DNA of 63,724 bases, the filler included, from Candidatus Zapsychrus exili (GTDB lineage Bacteria; Omnitrophota; Gorgyraeia; Zapsychrales; Zapsychraceae), in the NCBI GenBank assembly GCA_030765585.1. It is 5 parts of 5 records of this genome, joined end to end, with 100 filler letters (N's around TTAATTAATTAA, not from the genome) between each part and the next. Parts side by side here need not be neighbours in the genome. Positions count along the whole stretch, not along the records: positions 16,361 to 44,022 come from JAVCCJ010000043.1; positions 44,123 to 56,582 come from JAVCCJ010000127.1; 3 more parts are not named here. One strand, 5' to 3'. The notes under the pieces were generated by a model that searched no databases, was not told where the DNA came from, and saw nothing but the letters and a program-made list of their open reading frames with translations. The position numbers were made by a program, and so were the translations under genes. How positions within the stretch are numbered: position 1 is the stretch's first letter; each line of letters opens with the position of its first letter. Of this stretch, positions 39,146-49,198 are shown one piece after another.

Positions 39146-40315
39146 CTAACTCAACCTATTAATTACTCTGCCTATACCTTTTTGAAAATTTTCTTGTTCT
39201 GGAAGTAAACTCACGACAACGTAGGGTTCATCTTGAAAATCAAAGAAATATCCAGGGTGTACAAAAACATGATCTTTTTTTAATAACTCAAGCACCAAGT
39301 CTTCTTCTTTATATTTATCAGAAATCTTAAACGCAACATACCATCCACCTTCTGTCTTTAAAAGATCAGCCTTACTATTATCTAATTCTTTCTCTAAAAA
39401 AGTTAAATTACATTTAATCCTGTTTAACATCTGTTGTTGTATTTCAACTCTCTTACTAAGCCAAACGGGACAAGCATTTTGAACAGGTGTGTTTACTGAA
39501 AGAAAAGTATCTGCAACCACATCTAGCCTTGCCTTCGCCTCTTCTACCAAATCGTCAGGTCCACTTATAATAATCCACGAAAGCTTCATTTGAGGCATTC
39601 CAAGCGTTTTTGATAAGCCACCAAGCGCAAAGGTAAGGACTTCATCATTTTCTACAAAACTTGGATATTTTTTGTTTTCATCAAAACAAAAATCAAAAAA
39701 TACCTCATCAGAAATAATTGCTAAATTATTTTCTTTACAAATCTTATTTAACTTACTTTTTTCGCATTCCTTGATAAAAGATCCCGTAGGATTATTAGGA
39801 TTAACAACAGCAACTGCTTTTGTCTTAATACTTATCTCCTCTAAGAGAGAGTCAAAATCTACTGACCAAGCTTTATCGTAAGCAAGAGAATAATTTTTCA
39901 TCTTCACATCATTTAAATCTGTTAAGAACTGAAATAGAGGATAACTTGGTCTAGGGAAAATAACATTGTCTCCTGTATCAGCAAGAATTCGAAAAAGATA
40001 GCAATATCCTTCAGAAGTACTAGATGTCAGAAATATCGCATCTTCATCTACATTTAAACCCATTGTTTTGTAATAAGCGCTTACTGCTTTTCTAGCAAGT
40101 AAATTTCCTTGCGAATGAGGACTATACGACAAATTCTCTTTACTGCTAAGAGAGCTAACTATTTCTGCTGGATAATGAAAATTACATTTGGTTGGATTAG
40201 ATTCTGTAAGATTAATAATATCAATATTATCTTCTTTTAATTTATCTAAGGTAAACGTAATTTTATTTTCTGATAATTCCCAATTTGTTCGACAGGAAAA
40301 TGGAGTGGCGACCAT
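39146..40315 (-). CDS. PLP-dependent aminotransferase class I/II
   Basis: NLTESNPT, PSYPLF, NPNNPTG, SDEVF, GLSK..G.P..KL. Confidence 0.9.
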   Translation of the reverse strand: MVATPFSCRTNWELSENKITFTLDKLKEDNIDIINLTESNPTKCNFHYPAEIVSSLSSKENLSYSPHSQGNLLARKAVSAYYKTMGLNVDEDAIFLTSSTSEGYCYLFRILADTGDNVIFPRPSYPLFQFLTDLNDVKMKNYSLAYDKAWSVDFDSLLEEISIKTKAVAVVNPNNPTGSFIKECEKSKLNKICKENNLAIISDEVFFDFCFDENKKYPSFVENDEVLTFALGGLSKTLGMPQMKLSWIIISGPDDLVEEAKARLDVVADTFLSVNTPVQNACPVWLSKRVEIQQQMLNRIKCNLTFLEKELDNSKADLLKTEGGWYVAFKISDKYKEEDLVLELLKKDHVFVHPGYFFDFQDEPYVVVSLLPEQENFQKGIGRVINRLS

Positions 40316-41013
40316 TAGTTATCTTCTTCTTTAGAACCAGATTCTCTTAATGCTCTGTTTAATTCGACTTCTTTTTGCTTCAATTTTCTTTCTAACATCA
40401 TATAATCAGATTTTGCAACCCAAGTAGTATCTTCTTTTTCTTTTTTTAGCTCCCTATTATCTTTAATAAGTTGAGCTATTTCCATCCTATGCTTTTCTAT
40501 CTTTGAGCTTAACTGAGCATTTTCAGACTCAATCTTTCTTCTTTTTTCATTAATCGAAGCATTCTCTTTGCTTATTTCATCAGCTTCCTTTTGTAGACGC
40601 AAACTTAGAGAATGTTCTTTTGAAAAATTCTCCTGTAACTTAGACAATTCATCTTTTATCCTACGAAAATCTTTATTTCTTTTCTCTACATCCTTTTGCT
40701 CTTTTTCTAGCCAATTGCGCTCTTGAGATAATTTTTCTTGAAACTTTTTACTATTAGCCTTTTCATTTAATATCTCTTTTTCTTTTGAAGCAACTACATC
40801 CTGTAAAGAACTAATCGTACCATTAAGCTTGTTAAGAGAGCCTTTAAGGCCTTCTGCCATGCTCTTATAGTCCCTTTCAGGCTCCGCAGATGATTCTGCT
40901 CTCTTCTTTTTCTTTCTTTTTTGCTTCTTTCCCGAAACTGTTAAGAAAAAAACTATAGAAAATATAAAGAATCCAACAAAAATAATTGAAATAATAATAT
41001 CTACAAAAGACAT
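40315..41013 (-). CDS. Membrane-anchored coiled-coil protein, unknown function
   Basis: One N-terminal TM, basic cluster, about 170 aa heptad-rich region; ATG 41013 after GTGGGGA. Confidence 0.7.
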   Translation of the reverse strand: MSFVDIIISIIFVGFFIFSIVFFLTVSGKKQKRKKKKRAESSAEPERDYKSMAEGLKGSLNKLNGTISSLQDVVASKEKEILNEKANSKKFQEKLSQERNWLEKEQKDVEKRNKDFRRIKDELSKLQENFSKEHSLSLRLQKEADEISKENASINEKRRKIESENAQLSSKIEKHRMEIAQLIKDNRELKKEKEDTTWVAKSDYMMLERKLKQKEVELNRALRESGSKEEDN

Positions 41014-41029
41014 GATTCCCCACTTCACA

Positions 41030-41054
41030 GTAGAGGCGGGTTTAAAACCCGCCC
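41030..41054. repeat. GTAG-type REP
   Basis: GTAGA-GGCGGGTTT-AAAACCCGCC: GTAG foot plus GC hairpin. Confidence 0.7.
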
Positions 41055-41114
41055 ATTATTTGATTCGAAAATCATATTCGAAAAAGCCATAGGCCCTTCC
41101 CTATATAATTTTCA

Positions 41115-41465
41115 CTATCCTAATTCTTCTTTTAGATTAGATACTCGACTTAAAAATTCTTCAAATATTTTATCAGCATCTGCTATAAGCTCAGGGGCGC
41201 CGGTTAAATCCTCATTCTTTCCCATTCCTTCTAGTTTTGAAAAGACTTCTCTTAAAGAATGAGCTGAGATATTGCCCGATGCACCTTTTAAAGAATGAGC
41301 AATGTTCCTTATCTCCTCAGAATTGTTTCCTTCGATTGCAACAATAAGAGACTGTCTCTTAATCTTAAAATCTTCAATATATATTTCTATAAGCTCCAAC
41401 AAAAGTTCTTTGTCGTCTTGAACTCTCTCCATAAATTCACTTAAATTAAACAATTGTTCACTCAT
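41115..41465 (-). CDS. Stand-alone Hpt phosphotransfer protein
   Basis: AHSLKGASGNI; start MSEQL immediately after kinase stop. Confidence 0.92.
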   Translation of the reverse strand: MSEQLFNLSEFMERVQDDKELLLELIEIYIEDFKIKRQSLIVAIEGNNSEEIRNIAHSLKGASGNISAHSLREVFSKLEGMGKNEDLTGAPELIADADKIFEEFLSRVSNLKEELG

Positions 41466-41466
41466 T

Positions 41467-43773
41467 CTATTTATCCTTTCTAAAAAGATTAGCAATTTCT
41501 TCAAGAAGCTTTTGCCGGTCAATCGGCTTAGATACATAGCCATCCATACCAGCTTCTCTACATTTTTTTTTATCTTCTTCCGTTACTCTTCCAGTTAAAA
41601 CAACAATTGGAATATGATTACCTGTTTTTTCTTCATTTTCTCTTATTGCTATAGTCGCCTCAAAACCATCTAAAATAGGCATATTACCATCCATCAAAAC
41701 AAGATCAAATCGTTCTGCATCTAGCCGGTTAACAGCTTCTTGACCATTGTCCACAGCTTCAACTTTCCAACCTTGTTTTTCTAACATTCTAATTACAATC
41801 TTCTGATTAACAATATTATCTTCAGCCAAAAGAATATTTAATCCTTTTAGATTCTCTTTTAAAAACTCTTCACTAACATCTGACGATCCTTGTTCAAGCA
41901 AGAAAGAATCTTCGTCCTTTTTAACAATTCCAAGTTTTACAGTAAAATTAAATGTACTTCCTTCCCCTTCTTTACTTTCTACCCAAATCTTTCCTCCCAT
42001 CATCTCAGACAATTTCTTACAAATAGCAAGCCCTAATCCTGTACCACCATATTTTCGTGTGGTTGAATTATCTGACTGAGTAAATACATCAAAAATCTTA
42101 TTCTGTCTATCTTTAGGTATTCCAATACCTTCATCAGATACTGCAAATAACAAAACAACGCCTTTGCCAGATTTTGATTCAACAGAAATGTTTGTAGTTA
42201 TACTTCCTTGACGAGTAAATTTAATTGCATTATTTATTAAATTAATAAGTATTTGCCTAATCCTTGCCGGGTCACCTTTTACTAAGACAGGAACCTTAGA
42301 ATCAATATTAAGTTTTATCTCAACATCTTTATCACGAGCTAAAACCGCCATACCTTTGCAAATATTTTTAGCAACATTAGAAAGATGAAACTCAATATTT
42401 TCTAAAGTTATTTTTCCAGCTTCTACGCGAGATAAATCTAATATATCATTTAAAAGACTTAATAAATTCTTTGCTGCTTCTTTTGCAACTATTAAATTAT
42501 CTTTCTGCTCTTCATCTAATTGCGTATCTAAAGTCAAATCAATCATACCAAGCACGGTGTTCATCGGAGTCCTTACCTCATGAGACATATTAGCTAGAAA
42601 CAAAGACTTTGACTCATTGGCCTCCTCTGCAACCAATTTTGCTTTAAGCAATGTTTTCTTTGCAACCTTTTGTTCTGTTATATCTTGTAATATTCCAACT
42701 GAGCCTATAATTTTATTACTAGTATCTCTTAAAACATTCACAGACAAATAAACATCAATCGACTTGCCTTTCTTCCTTAATATCTTAGTTTCTAAGTTTT
42801 GTTTGGAGCCTTTCTTTCTAATATCTTCAGAACGAATTTTCTTCCATTCGACATCAGGATATAAATCCTTAACAGGTCTTAAATATAAATCTTTCTTTTT
42901 CATGCCCAAAAGATGTTCTGTACATTTATTCCAAGATATAATGCGCTCTTGATCGTCTGCCAATGTTATCGCAACAGGAGAATTGTCTAAAATAACTCGA
43001 ATTTTATTTTCTGATTCTTGTATTTTTCTTTCAGCTATTTTTCGTTTTGTTATATCTCTTACTATTCCAATAGATCCCGTTACATTTCCATCTGGATCTT
43101 TTAAAATCGATATAGAAACATCAGCCTCTAGTAGACTTCCGTCTTTCTTAATAACCTGCGTTTCAATATTTGATAACATGCCTTTTCGTCTTATCCTAAA
43201 ACTTCGCATCCTGCGCCACTCTTTTATAGGATATAGATTTTTAACTGGCATGTTAAAAAGATCCTCTTTTGTCATTTCAAACATTTTTTCTACAAAAGGA
43301 TTCCAAGCCACAATTTTTTCATCTTTATCTGTTACCATAATAGCCGCCGCTGTATTATCAAAAACTGTCTTAAATAATCTTTTAGAGTCAATAAGTTCCT
43401 TCTGTACTATTTTTCTTACAGATATATCCTCAATCTTTCCGTCAAAATATTTAATCTTGCCTTTACTGTCTTTTATAGATTCTGCCGATATAGAAACCCA
43501 ACATGTTTTTTTATCCTTTGTTTTAAGACGTGTCTCAAAATCTCTAATAGAACCTTCATTTCTCATCCTACTACAAAAAGACTTAAAATCAGATCCATTA
43601 ACAAAAACGTCTTTTACAAAAAGTTTTAAGACTTCTTTTTCTTGTAGATTAAGCATACTAAATAAAGTGCTATTTGCATATAATACTTTAGCCCTTGCAC
43701 AAGGGGAGCTTCTAAAAACTCCAACATTAATGTGGTCAATTAGCTCACTAAACTCGCTATTATTTTTGTCCAT
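41467..43773 (-). CDS. Cytoplasmic hybrid histidine kinase (3 PAS-HisKA-HATPase-REC)
   Basis: DITKRK/DITEQK PAS ends, [32 protein letters not shown]...DLVLMD...KP; no TM. Confidence 0.94.
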   Translation of the reverse strand: MDKNNSEFSELIDHINVGVFRSSPCARAKVLYANSTLFSMLNLQEKEVLKLFVKDVFVNGSDFKSFCSRMRNEGSIRDFETRLKTKDKKTCWVSISAESIKDSKGKIKYFDGKIEDISVRKIVQKELIDSKRLFKTVFDNTAAAIMVTDKDEKIVAWNPFVEKMFEMTKEDLFNMPVKNLYPIKEWRRMRSFRIRRKGMLSNIETQVIKKDGSLLEADVSISILKDPDGNVTGSIGIVRDITKRKIAERKIQESENKIRVILDNSPVAITLADDQERIISWNKCTEHLLGMKKKDLYLRPVKDLYPDVEWKKIRSEDIRKKGSKQNLETKILRKKGKSIDVYLSVNVLRDTSNKIIGSVGILQDITEQKVAKKTLLKAKLVAEEANESKSLFLANMSHEVRTPMNTVLGMIDLTLDTQLDEEQKDNLIVAKEAAKNLLSLLNDILDLSRVEAGKITLENIEFHLSNVAKNICKGMAVLARDKDVEIKLNIDSKVPVLVKGDPARIRQILINLINNAIKFTRQGSITTNISVESKSGKGVVLLFAVSDEGIGIPKDRQNKIFDVFTQSDNSTTRKYGGTGLGLAICKKLSEMMGGKIWVESKEGEGSTFNFTVKLGIVKKDEDSFLLEQGSSDVSEEFLKENLKGLNILLAEDNIVNQKIVIRMLEKQGWKVEAVDNGQEAVNRLDAERFDLVLMDGNMPILDGFEATIAIRENEEKTGNHIPIVVLTGRVTEEDKKKCREAGMDGYVSKPIDRQKLLEEIANLFRKDK

Positions 43774-43779
43774 ACAATC

Positions 43780-44022
43780 CTAATCTATATTCTGTTTAAG
43801 TTTAAAATTTTTTGAAATTGCAACAAGATTAAATAATGTCACAAGCAGGGTTAACGAAACCATGCAAAACGACAAAATAGACGACCAGCTCCTTTCAAAA
43901 TCAAGACCCATAATTCCGACACCCAAATAAGAGATAACAACAAGGGCAAAGAATACCGTTGCGCCTGTTAGCACAAAAATAAAAAAAGAAAATAAAGAAG
44001 AAATTAATACAACATAGCAATT
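43780..44022 (-). CDS. Small membrane protein, C-terminal fragment at contig edge
   Basis: Hydrophobic helices; frame runs toward spacer. Confidence 0.4.
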   Translation of the reverse strand, partial: NCYVVLISSLFSFFIFVLTGATVFFALVVISYLGVGIMGLDFERSWSSILSFCMVSLTLLVTLFNLVAISKNFKLKQNID

Positions 44023-44122
44023 NNNNNNNNNNNNNNNNNNNNNNNNNNNNNNNNNNNNNNNNNNNNTTAATTAATTAANNNNNNNNNNNNNNNNNNNNNN
44101 NNNNNNNNNNNNNNNNNNNNNN
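44023..44122. other. Artificial contig spacer
   Basis: N44-TTAATTAATTAA-N44. Confidence 0.97.
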
Positions 44123-44733
44123 CAAGTCTTGTGCCCTAAGAAATCTATAGCCTCACCATTATTACCAAAATCTCTATCTCCAACCAAAGCTGTAAGTTTA
44201 TTATTCCTTAAATTCTCAAGACATTTTCTAACAGCATTCTTAGTAGGGACAACTGTAATTCCATATATTTCTCTTTGATGATTAAATAAATTATTCACTG
44301 GTCTTTCTTTGTGAGAAAGCGCAACCGCTGTTAAAGGGTCTCCTAGCAAACTTATTAAAACAGCTCCAAGTTCCCAATTTCCCATATGTGCAGTTAATAT
44401 AATTGCACCCTTACCTTTTTCTAGTGCTTGTTTTATACTTTCAATATTTTCAACTTCAACTTTCTTTGCAATAAAATCCTTATTAACCATTTGCTCCATA
44501 CGTAGAAATTCTACAAAATATTTACCAAAATTCCTAAACACTTCTTTTGTCTTAGAATTTAAATCATCTTCTGACTTTAATATTTTTTTTAAATTATTCC
44601 TTACAGCTTTTCTATCACGAGGAGAAAAGAAATACTGCACATCTGAAAGAAATACTGCTATTTTATAAGCTACATCAAGTGGAAAGAATACTGCGATGGT
44701 TTGCGCTATTTTGTAAAAAAAATACTTAAACAT
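44123..44733 (-). CDS. LpxL/PatA-like lipid acyltransferase (3' truncated)
   Basis: KGAIILTAHMGNWE, LVGDRD, FLG. Confidence 0.88.
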
Positions 44734-44759
44734 ATGACAATAATTTGTTAAATATTTAG

Positions 44760-45899
44760 TTAAATATCAGAACGTTCTAATATTAATTTAGAAATGTCTA
44801 AAGCGGCATACGGCTTTGCATGCTCATAAGCAGCCTTACTCATAGATGCAAGTCTTTCTGGAGATTTTAAAAGAAGTTCTATTTCTTCTTCAATATCACT
44901 TTTATCATTCACTCTTATTGCAATACCTTTATTAATAAGAAAATCTGTATTTCTCATTTCTTGACCTGGAATAGGATTAATAATAACCATCGGTAGCCCT
45001 TTTGCCAAACATTCAGCAGTAGTCATGCCTCCAGGTTTTGTTATAATAAAAGTTGCAAGCTCCATAAGTTCATCAACATTTCTGGCATACTCAAAAATCA
45101 ACATCTTTTTATCTGTCTTTTTTACTATTCTTTTAAGAGCATTTATTATTTTGCTATTAGTTCCAGCAAGTGCAATAACCTGGAAATTCATGTCAATTTT
45201 TCTTAAAGATTTAATAATAGCTTTAATTGGGCCTAGTCCTTGACCTCCACCCATAATCAATATCGTAGGCACATCTGGATCAAGCCCAAGTTTTTCTGCA
45301 ATAGGTTTTTTATCTAACTGAACAGCAAACTCTGGTCTCATAGGAATACCATATACTTTAATAGCGTCGGCAGGAACTCCTTTTTTGACAAAACGTTCTT
45401 TTGCTTCTAAAGAAGGCACAATGTAGTAATCTACGCCTTCATTTATCCAGAAAAGATGCGGAGCAAAATCTGTTAACACTCCAATCAATTTAATATCTAG
45501 ATTATGTTTTCTTTTATAATGCGCAACCATACCACAAGGAAAAGCTTGAGTACATACAACAACATCTGGATTATGTTTTGAGATTAATCTATCTAATTTT
45601 TTATCGCTTGTTTTATGAAGAAAGTTCTTTATAGATTCAGAACTTTTAACAACCTTCGGATTATCATAAAGATAATCCCAGACCTTTGGAGTGCTTTTTA
45701 TAACACTCATATATGCCCTATTTACAACTTTTTCTAAAACTGGATATGTGTATCCAAATCCATTTACAGTTGGGGCTTTGATGTTAGGATCTATCTGCCT
45801 TAAAGCTTTCTGTATAGCAATAGTTGCTTGTCTATGACCAGAAACTTTTGTTATATACATTAATAAAACTTTTTTTATACTATTTGTTTGTGCGTTCAT
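44760..45899 (-). CDS. MGDG synthase/UgtP-like GT28 glycosyltransferase
   Basis: SGHRQA, CTQAFP, LTDF, GIP, MGGGQGLG, ITKPGGMT.AE, PIPGQE..N. Confidence 0.9.
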   Translation of the reverse strand: MNAQTNSIKKVLLMYITKVSGHRQATIAIQKALRQIDPNIKAPTVNGFGYTYPVLEKVVNRAYMSVIKSTPKVWDYLYDNPKVVKSSESIKNFLHKTSDKKLDRLISKHNPDVVVCTQAFPCGMVAHYKRKHNLDIKLIGVLTDFAPHLFWINEGVDYYIVPSLEAKERFVKKGVPADAIKVYGIPMRPEFAVQLDKKPIAEKLGLDPDVPTILIMGGGQGLGPIKAIIKSLRKIDMNFQVIALAGTNSKIINALKRIVKKTDKKMLIFEYARNVDELMELATFIITKPGGMTTAECLAKGLPMVIINPIPGQEMRNTDFLINKGIAIRVNDKSDIEEEIELLLKSPERLASMSKAAYEHAKPYAALDISKLILERSDI

Positions 45900-46129
45900 G
45901 ATTCAATTGTGGCAAGAAGTTCGCCTATCTTTAATTCCTCTCCTTCATTTACTAAAATTTCACTTAATATTCCACTATCCTCTGCAGGAACATTAAACGC
46001 CGCCTTATCGGTTACAATCTCTACAATATCATCTCCCTCTCTTATCGTATCTCCTACCTTACAATACCAACGCGAAATAACCGCCTTTTCAATTCCTTGA
46101 CCTAATTCTGGTAAAATAATCTTTTTCAT
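45896..46129 (-). CDS. Stand-alone lipoyl-carrier domain protein
   Basis: LPELG, W..KVGD, EIVTDKA (lipoyl Lys), PA..SGIL. Confidence 0.9.
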   Translation of the reverse strand: MKKIILPELGQGIEKAVISRWYCKVGDTIREGDDIVEIVTDKAAFNVPAEDSGILSEILVNEGEELKIGELLATIES

Positions 46130-46132
46130 TAT

Positions 46133-46780
46133 TTAAAAATTAAAAATACTACAAAAGTTATCAATAAAACTATTTTTAGTTTTATTGATATCAATAAATT
46201 CCCCTTTAATATCAGCCATTGATGTCATCTGAACATCCATTCCGCAGGGCCTTATCATAGAAAACAAATCTAAATTCGTATTTATATTAATTGCGATACC
46301 ATGAAATGTAATCCACTTGCGCACACCAATTCCAATAGATGCAATTTTTTTATCATTAACCCAAACTCCAGTACTACCAGACAATCTACTAGCCACTATA
46401 CCAAAACATCCCAATAAATCAATGGCAACTTTTTCTATTCTTTTCAAATAAAGTTTTAAGTCTTTATCAAAATGCTTAAGATTAAGTATAGGATATGCAA
46501 CCAACTGGCCGGTACTGTGAAGTGTTATATCTCCACCCCTATTTATAAACTCTACTAAAATATTATTCTTTTCTAGTTCTTCCTTTGAAACCAGTATGTT
46601 TTCTTCGTCGGACGTCCTTCCTAATGTAAGAACAGTAGGATGCTCGCATAATATTAATGTATCTAGTTCTCCTAAAGAAACTCTTTCTAAGCACTCCATC
46701 TGGATTTCATAGGCTTGCTTATAACTAATTACGCCTAAATTCTTTATTTGCAGAGCTTTTTGTTTTTCTTTTATTTCCAT
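46133..46780 (-). CDS. lipB: Octanoyltransferase
   Basis: CEHPTVLTLGR, RGGDITLH..GQLVAYPI, KIASIG, HGIAIN, PCG. Confidence 0.94.
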   Translation of the reverse strand: MEIKEKQKALQIKNLGVISYKQAYEIQMECLERVSLGELDTLILCEHPTVLTLGRTSDEENILVSKEELEKNNILVEFINRGGDITLHSTGQLVAYPILNLKHFDKDLKLYLKRIEKVAIDLLGCFGIVASRLSGSTGVWVNDKKIASIGIGVRKWITFHGIAININTNLDLFSMIRPCGMDVQMTSMADIKGEFIDINKTKNSFIDNFCSIFNF

Positions 46781-46799
46781 GCCATTTACATAATAATAA

Positions 46800-46847
46800 A
46801 ATTTAACCCCGATTCATTATTCATTCAAAAAGAAGCGGGGTTAAATT
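46800..46847. repeat. TTAACCCCG...CGGGGTTAA palindrome
   Basis: AATTTAACCCCG..TTC...GAAG-CGGGGTTAAATT; same ends as 9401 element. Confidence 0.65.
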
Positions 46848-46873
46848 AAATAATACATAAAATTTTAAAACAA

Positions 46874-48079
46874 TTATTTAGAACTTGAAATTGCTTCTTC
46901 CCATTTATGCTTAAGATTTGGATTATCAATCCAAGACAATAAATAATCAGTATATTCCTTACCTGTTACCCCAGTATCCCTACCTGTAATAACTTTCTTT
47001 TTCTCAAATTGTCCACACAGCTCTAATGCCATTTCAACTTTTTCTGCTAATTCAACATGACCTATATGTCTTAAAAGCATAGCAGAAGCTCTAATCATAG
47101 AAGACGGATCTGCAAATTGAGCACGTCCTTCTTTTACCATGCGAGGAGCACTTCCGTGGATTGCTTCAAACATAGACCATTTCTTGCCTATATTAGCACT
47201 TCCAGCCGTTCCAACGCCTCCTTGAATTTGAGCTGCCTCATCAGTTAAAATATCTCCATAAAGATTAGGCAAAATCATTACTTGAAAATCACAACGTCTT
47301 TCGGGATCAAGTAATTTAGCTGTCATAATATCTATATACCATTCATCTAATTTTATATCTGGATATTCTAAAGATACACGATTAGCAACTTTTGAAAAAC
47401 GACCATCAGTTGTTTTTACAACATTAGATTTTGTAACAACTGTAACACGATTAATTTGATTTTTCTTTGCATATTCAAATGCCATACGCGCAATTCTTTC
47501 TGCACCTTGTTCTGTGATAATTTTAAAATCTACGCTTAAATCCTCAGATACATCAAAACCTTTTGACCCTAAAACATAAGCTCCTTCTGTATTTTCTCTA
47601 AAGAAACACCAATCAATTCCTTGCTTTGGAATTTTAACCGGTCTTACGTTTGCAAAAAGATCTAAATGTCTACGCATTGCAACATTTGCACTTTCAATAT
47701 TTGGCCACTGATCTCCTGTTTGTGGTGTTGTCGTCGGACCTTTTAGAATAACATGACAAGACTTAATTTCTTCTAAAACATCGTCTGGTATTGCCTTATT
47801 ATGCTTAACACGATTTTCGATTGTAAGACCTTTGATATCCTTAAAAGCAATCTTTCCTTTTTTTACTTCATCTTTTAAAACATGTCTCAAAAGATGCTCT
47901 GCATGTTTTGATATAATTTCGCCTATTCCATCACCCCAACAAACCCCAATAATAACAGAAGACAATTTAGAATAATCTACATATTCAGTTGATTTTTTCA
48001 TTTCTTCTATACGATTTAGCTGCTCTTCAATAAGTAGTCCAAACTTATTTTTTGCAGCTTCAATAATTTCTTTTAACAT
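46874..48079 (-). CDS. Isocitrate/isopropylmalate dehydrogenase family protein
   Basis: GDGIG, LKGPTTTP, SANVAMRR, RENTEG.Y, NLYGDILTD, EAIHGSAP. Confidence 0.9.
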   Translation of the reverse strand: MLKEIIEAAKNKFGLLIEEQLNRIEEMKKSTEYVDYSKLSSVIIGVCWGDGIGEIISKHAEHLLRHVLKDEVKKGKIAFKDIKGLTIENRVKHNKAIPDDVLEEIKSCHVILKGPTTTPQTGDQWPNIESANVAMRRHLDLFANVRPVKIPKQGIDWCFFRENTEGAYVLGSKGFDVSEDLSVDFKIITEQGAERIARMAFEYAKKNQINRVTVVTKSNVVKTTDGRFSKVANRVSLEYPDIKLDEWYIDIMTAKLLDPERRCDFQVMILPNLYGDILTDEAAQIQGGVGTAGSANIGKKWSMFEAIHGSAPRMVKEGRAQFADPSSMIRASAMLLRHIGHVELAEKVEMALELCGQFEKKKVITGRDTGVTGKEYTDYLLSWIDNPNLKHKWEEAISSSK

Positions 48080-48097
48080 TATTTAAAGCCCTTCTTT

Positions 48098-49162
48098 TTA
48101 TTCTTGATCTTGTAATAATTGCTTGAATTCTTCTATGTTTCTTACTTGAGAGAAAATATCTTCGTAGGTAACAATTTTTTTTCTGTATAAATTCTTCAAC
48201 GACATATCCATAGTGTGCATTCCATGCTGTCCTCCTGTTTGGATAGTTGTTGGAATCTGTTCTACCGATTTCTCTCGAATTAAGTTTCTTATGGCAGGGG
48301 TTGCAGTCAATACTTCGGATGCAAGTATTCTTCCTTTTCCAGAAGCTTTTGGAAGCAATATCTGAGAAACTATTCCTTCAAGACAAGCTGATAGCTGAAG
48401 TCTTACTTGCTGTTGTTGATGAGGCGGAAAGACATCTATAATACGCTCAACTGTTTGAGCTGCATCAGGAGTATGAAGTGTTGCCAAAACCAAATGTCCT
48501 GTTTCAGCTGCAGTTAAGGCAGTTGAAATAGTCTCTAAGTCTCTCATCTCTCCAACAACAATGACATCTGGATCTTGTCTTAAACATCTTTTTAAAGCTT
48601 CAGCGAAAGAATTAGTGTCACTATATACTTCGCGTTGCTTTATTACTGATTTTTTATTTGTATGTACATACTCAACAGGATCTTCGATGCACATAATCAT
48701 AGACGATCTTTCCTCGTTTATAAGATTAATCATTGACGCAAGAGTTGTAGTTTTTCCTGATCCGGTAGGTCCAGTAATCAACACAAGTCCACTTGGCTTT
48801 CTAGCAAAATCAATAATAATTGGGGGTAGACCTAATTCATTTGGGAAAGGAATATCTGTAGGTATTAAACGAAAGGCTGCTTCAACAGAACCTTTTTGAA
48901 TATGAATATTAACTCTAAATCGTCTTCTATCTTCAAAAGGAAACGAAAAATCCAGCTCTTTTATTTCTTCAAACTTTTTCTTTTGTTCTTCGGTAAGAAT
49001 GCCTAAAATACATTTCTTAAGATCTTCTCTTTCTAAGGGCTTATAATCAGTAAATACTAATCTTCCATCTATTCTTAAAATTGGTGGAGTCTTCTCGGTA
49101 AGATGTAAATCGGATGCTTCTCGTTCAATACATAGATTAAAAAGTTCTTTTAAAGCAACCAT
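48098..49162 (-). CDS. pilT: Type IV pilus retraction ATPase
   Basis: ASDLHL, GPTGSGKTTT, EDPVE, LRQDPD, AAETGHLV.ATLHT, AIRNLIRE, GMHTM. Confidence 0.94.
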   Translation of the reverse strand: MVALKELFNLCIEREASDLHLTEKTPPILRIDGRLVFTDYKPLEREDLKKCILGILTEEQKKKFEEIKELDFSFPFEDRRRFRVNIHIQKGSVEAAFRLIPTDIPFPNELGLPPIIIDFARKPSGLVLITGPTGSGKTTTLASMINLINEERSSMIMCIEDPVEYVHTNKKSVIKQREVYSDTNSFAEALKRCLRQDPDVIVVGEMRDLETISTALTAAETGHLVLATLHTPDAAQTVERIIDVFPPHQQQQVRLQLSACLEGIVSQILLPKASGKGRILASEVLTATPAIRNLIREKSVEQIPTTIQTGGQHGMHTMDMSLKNLYRKKIVTYEDIFSQVRNIEEFKQLLQDQE

Positions 49163-49198
49163 ATGTCTTTCCCCTTTTAAAAAGAATTTATACTTAAA

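Noticed and set aside
42983..43783. 266-aa antisense ORF (and similar at 25174, 30005, 551, 20079, 50163)
   Set aside because: Shadows of well-supported genes on the opposite strand, no motifs
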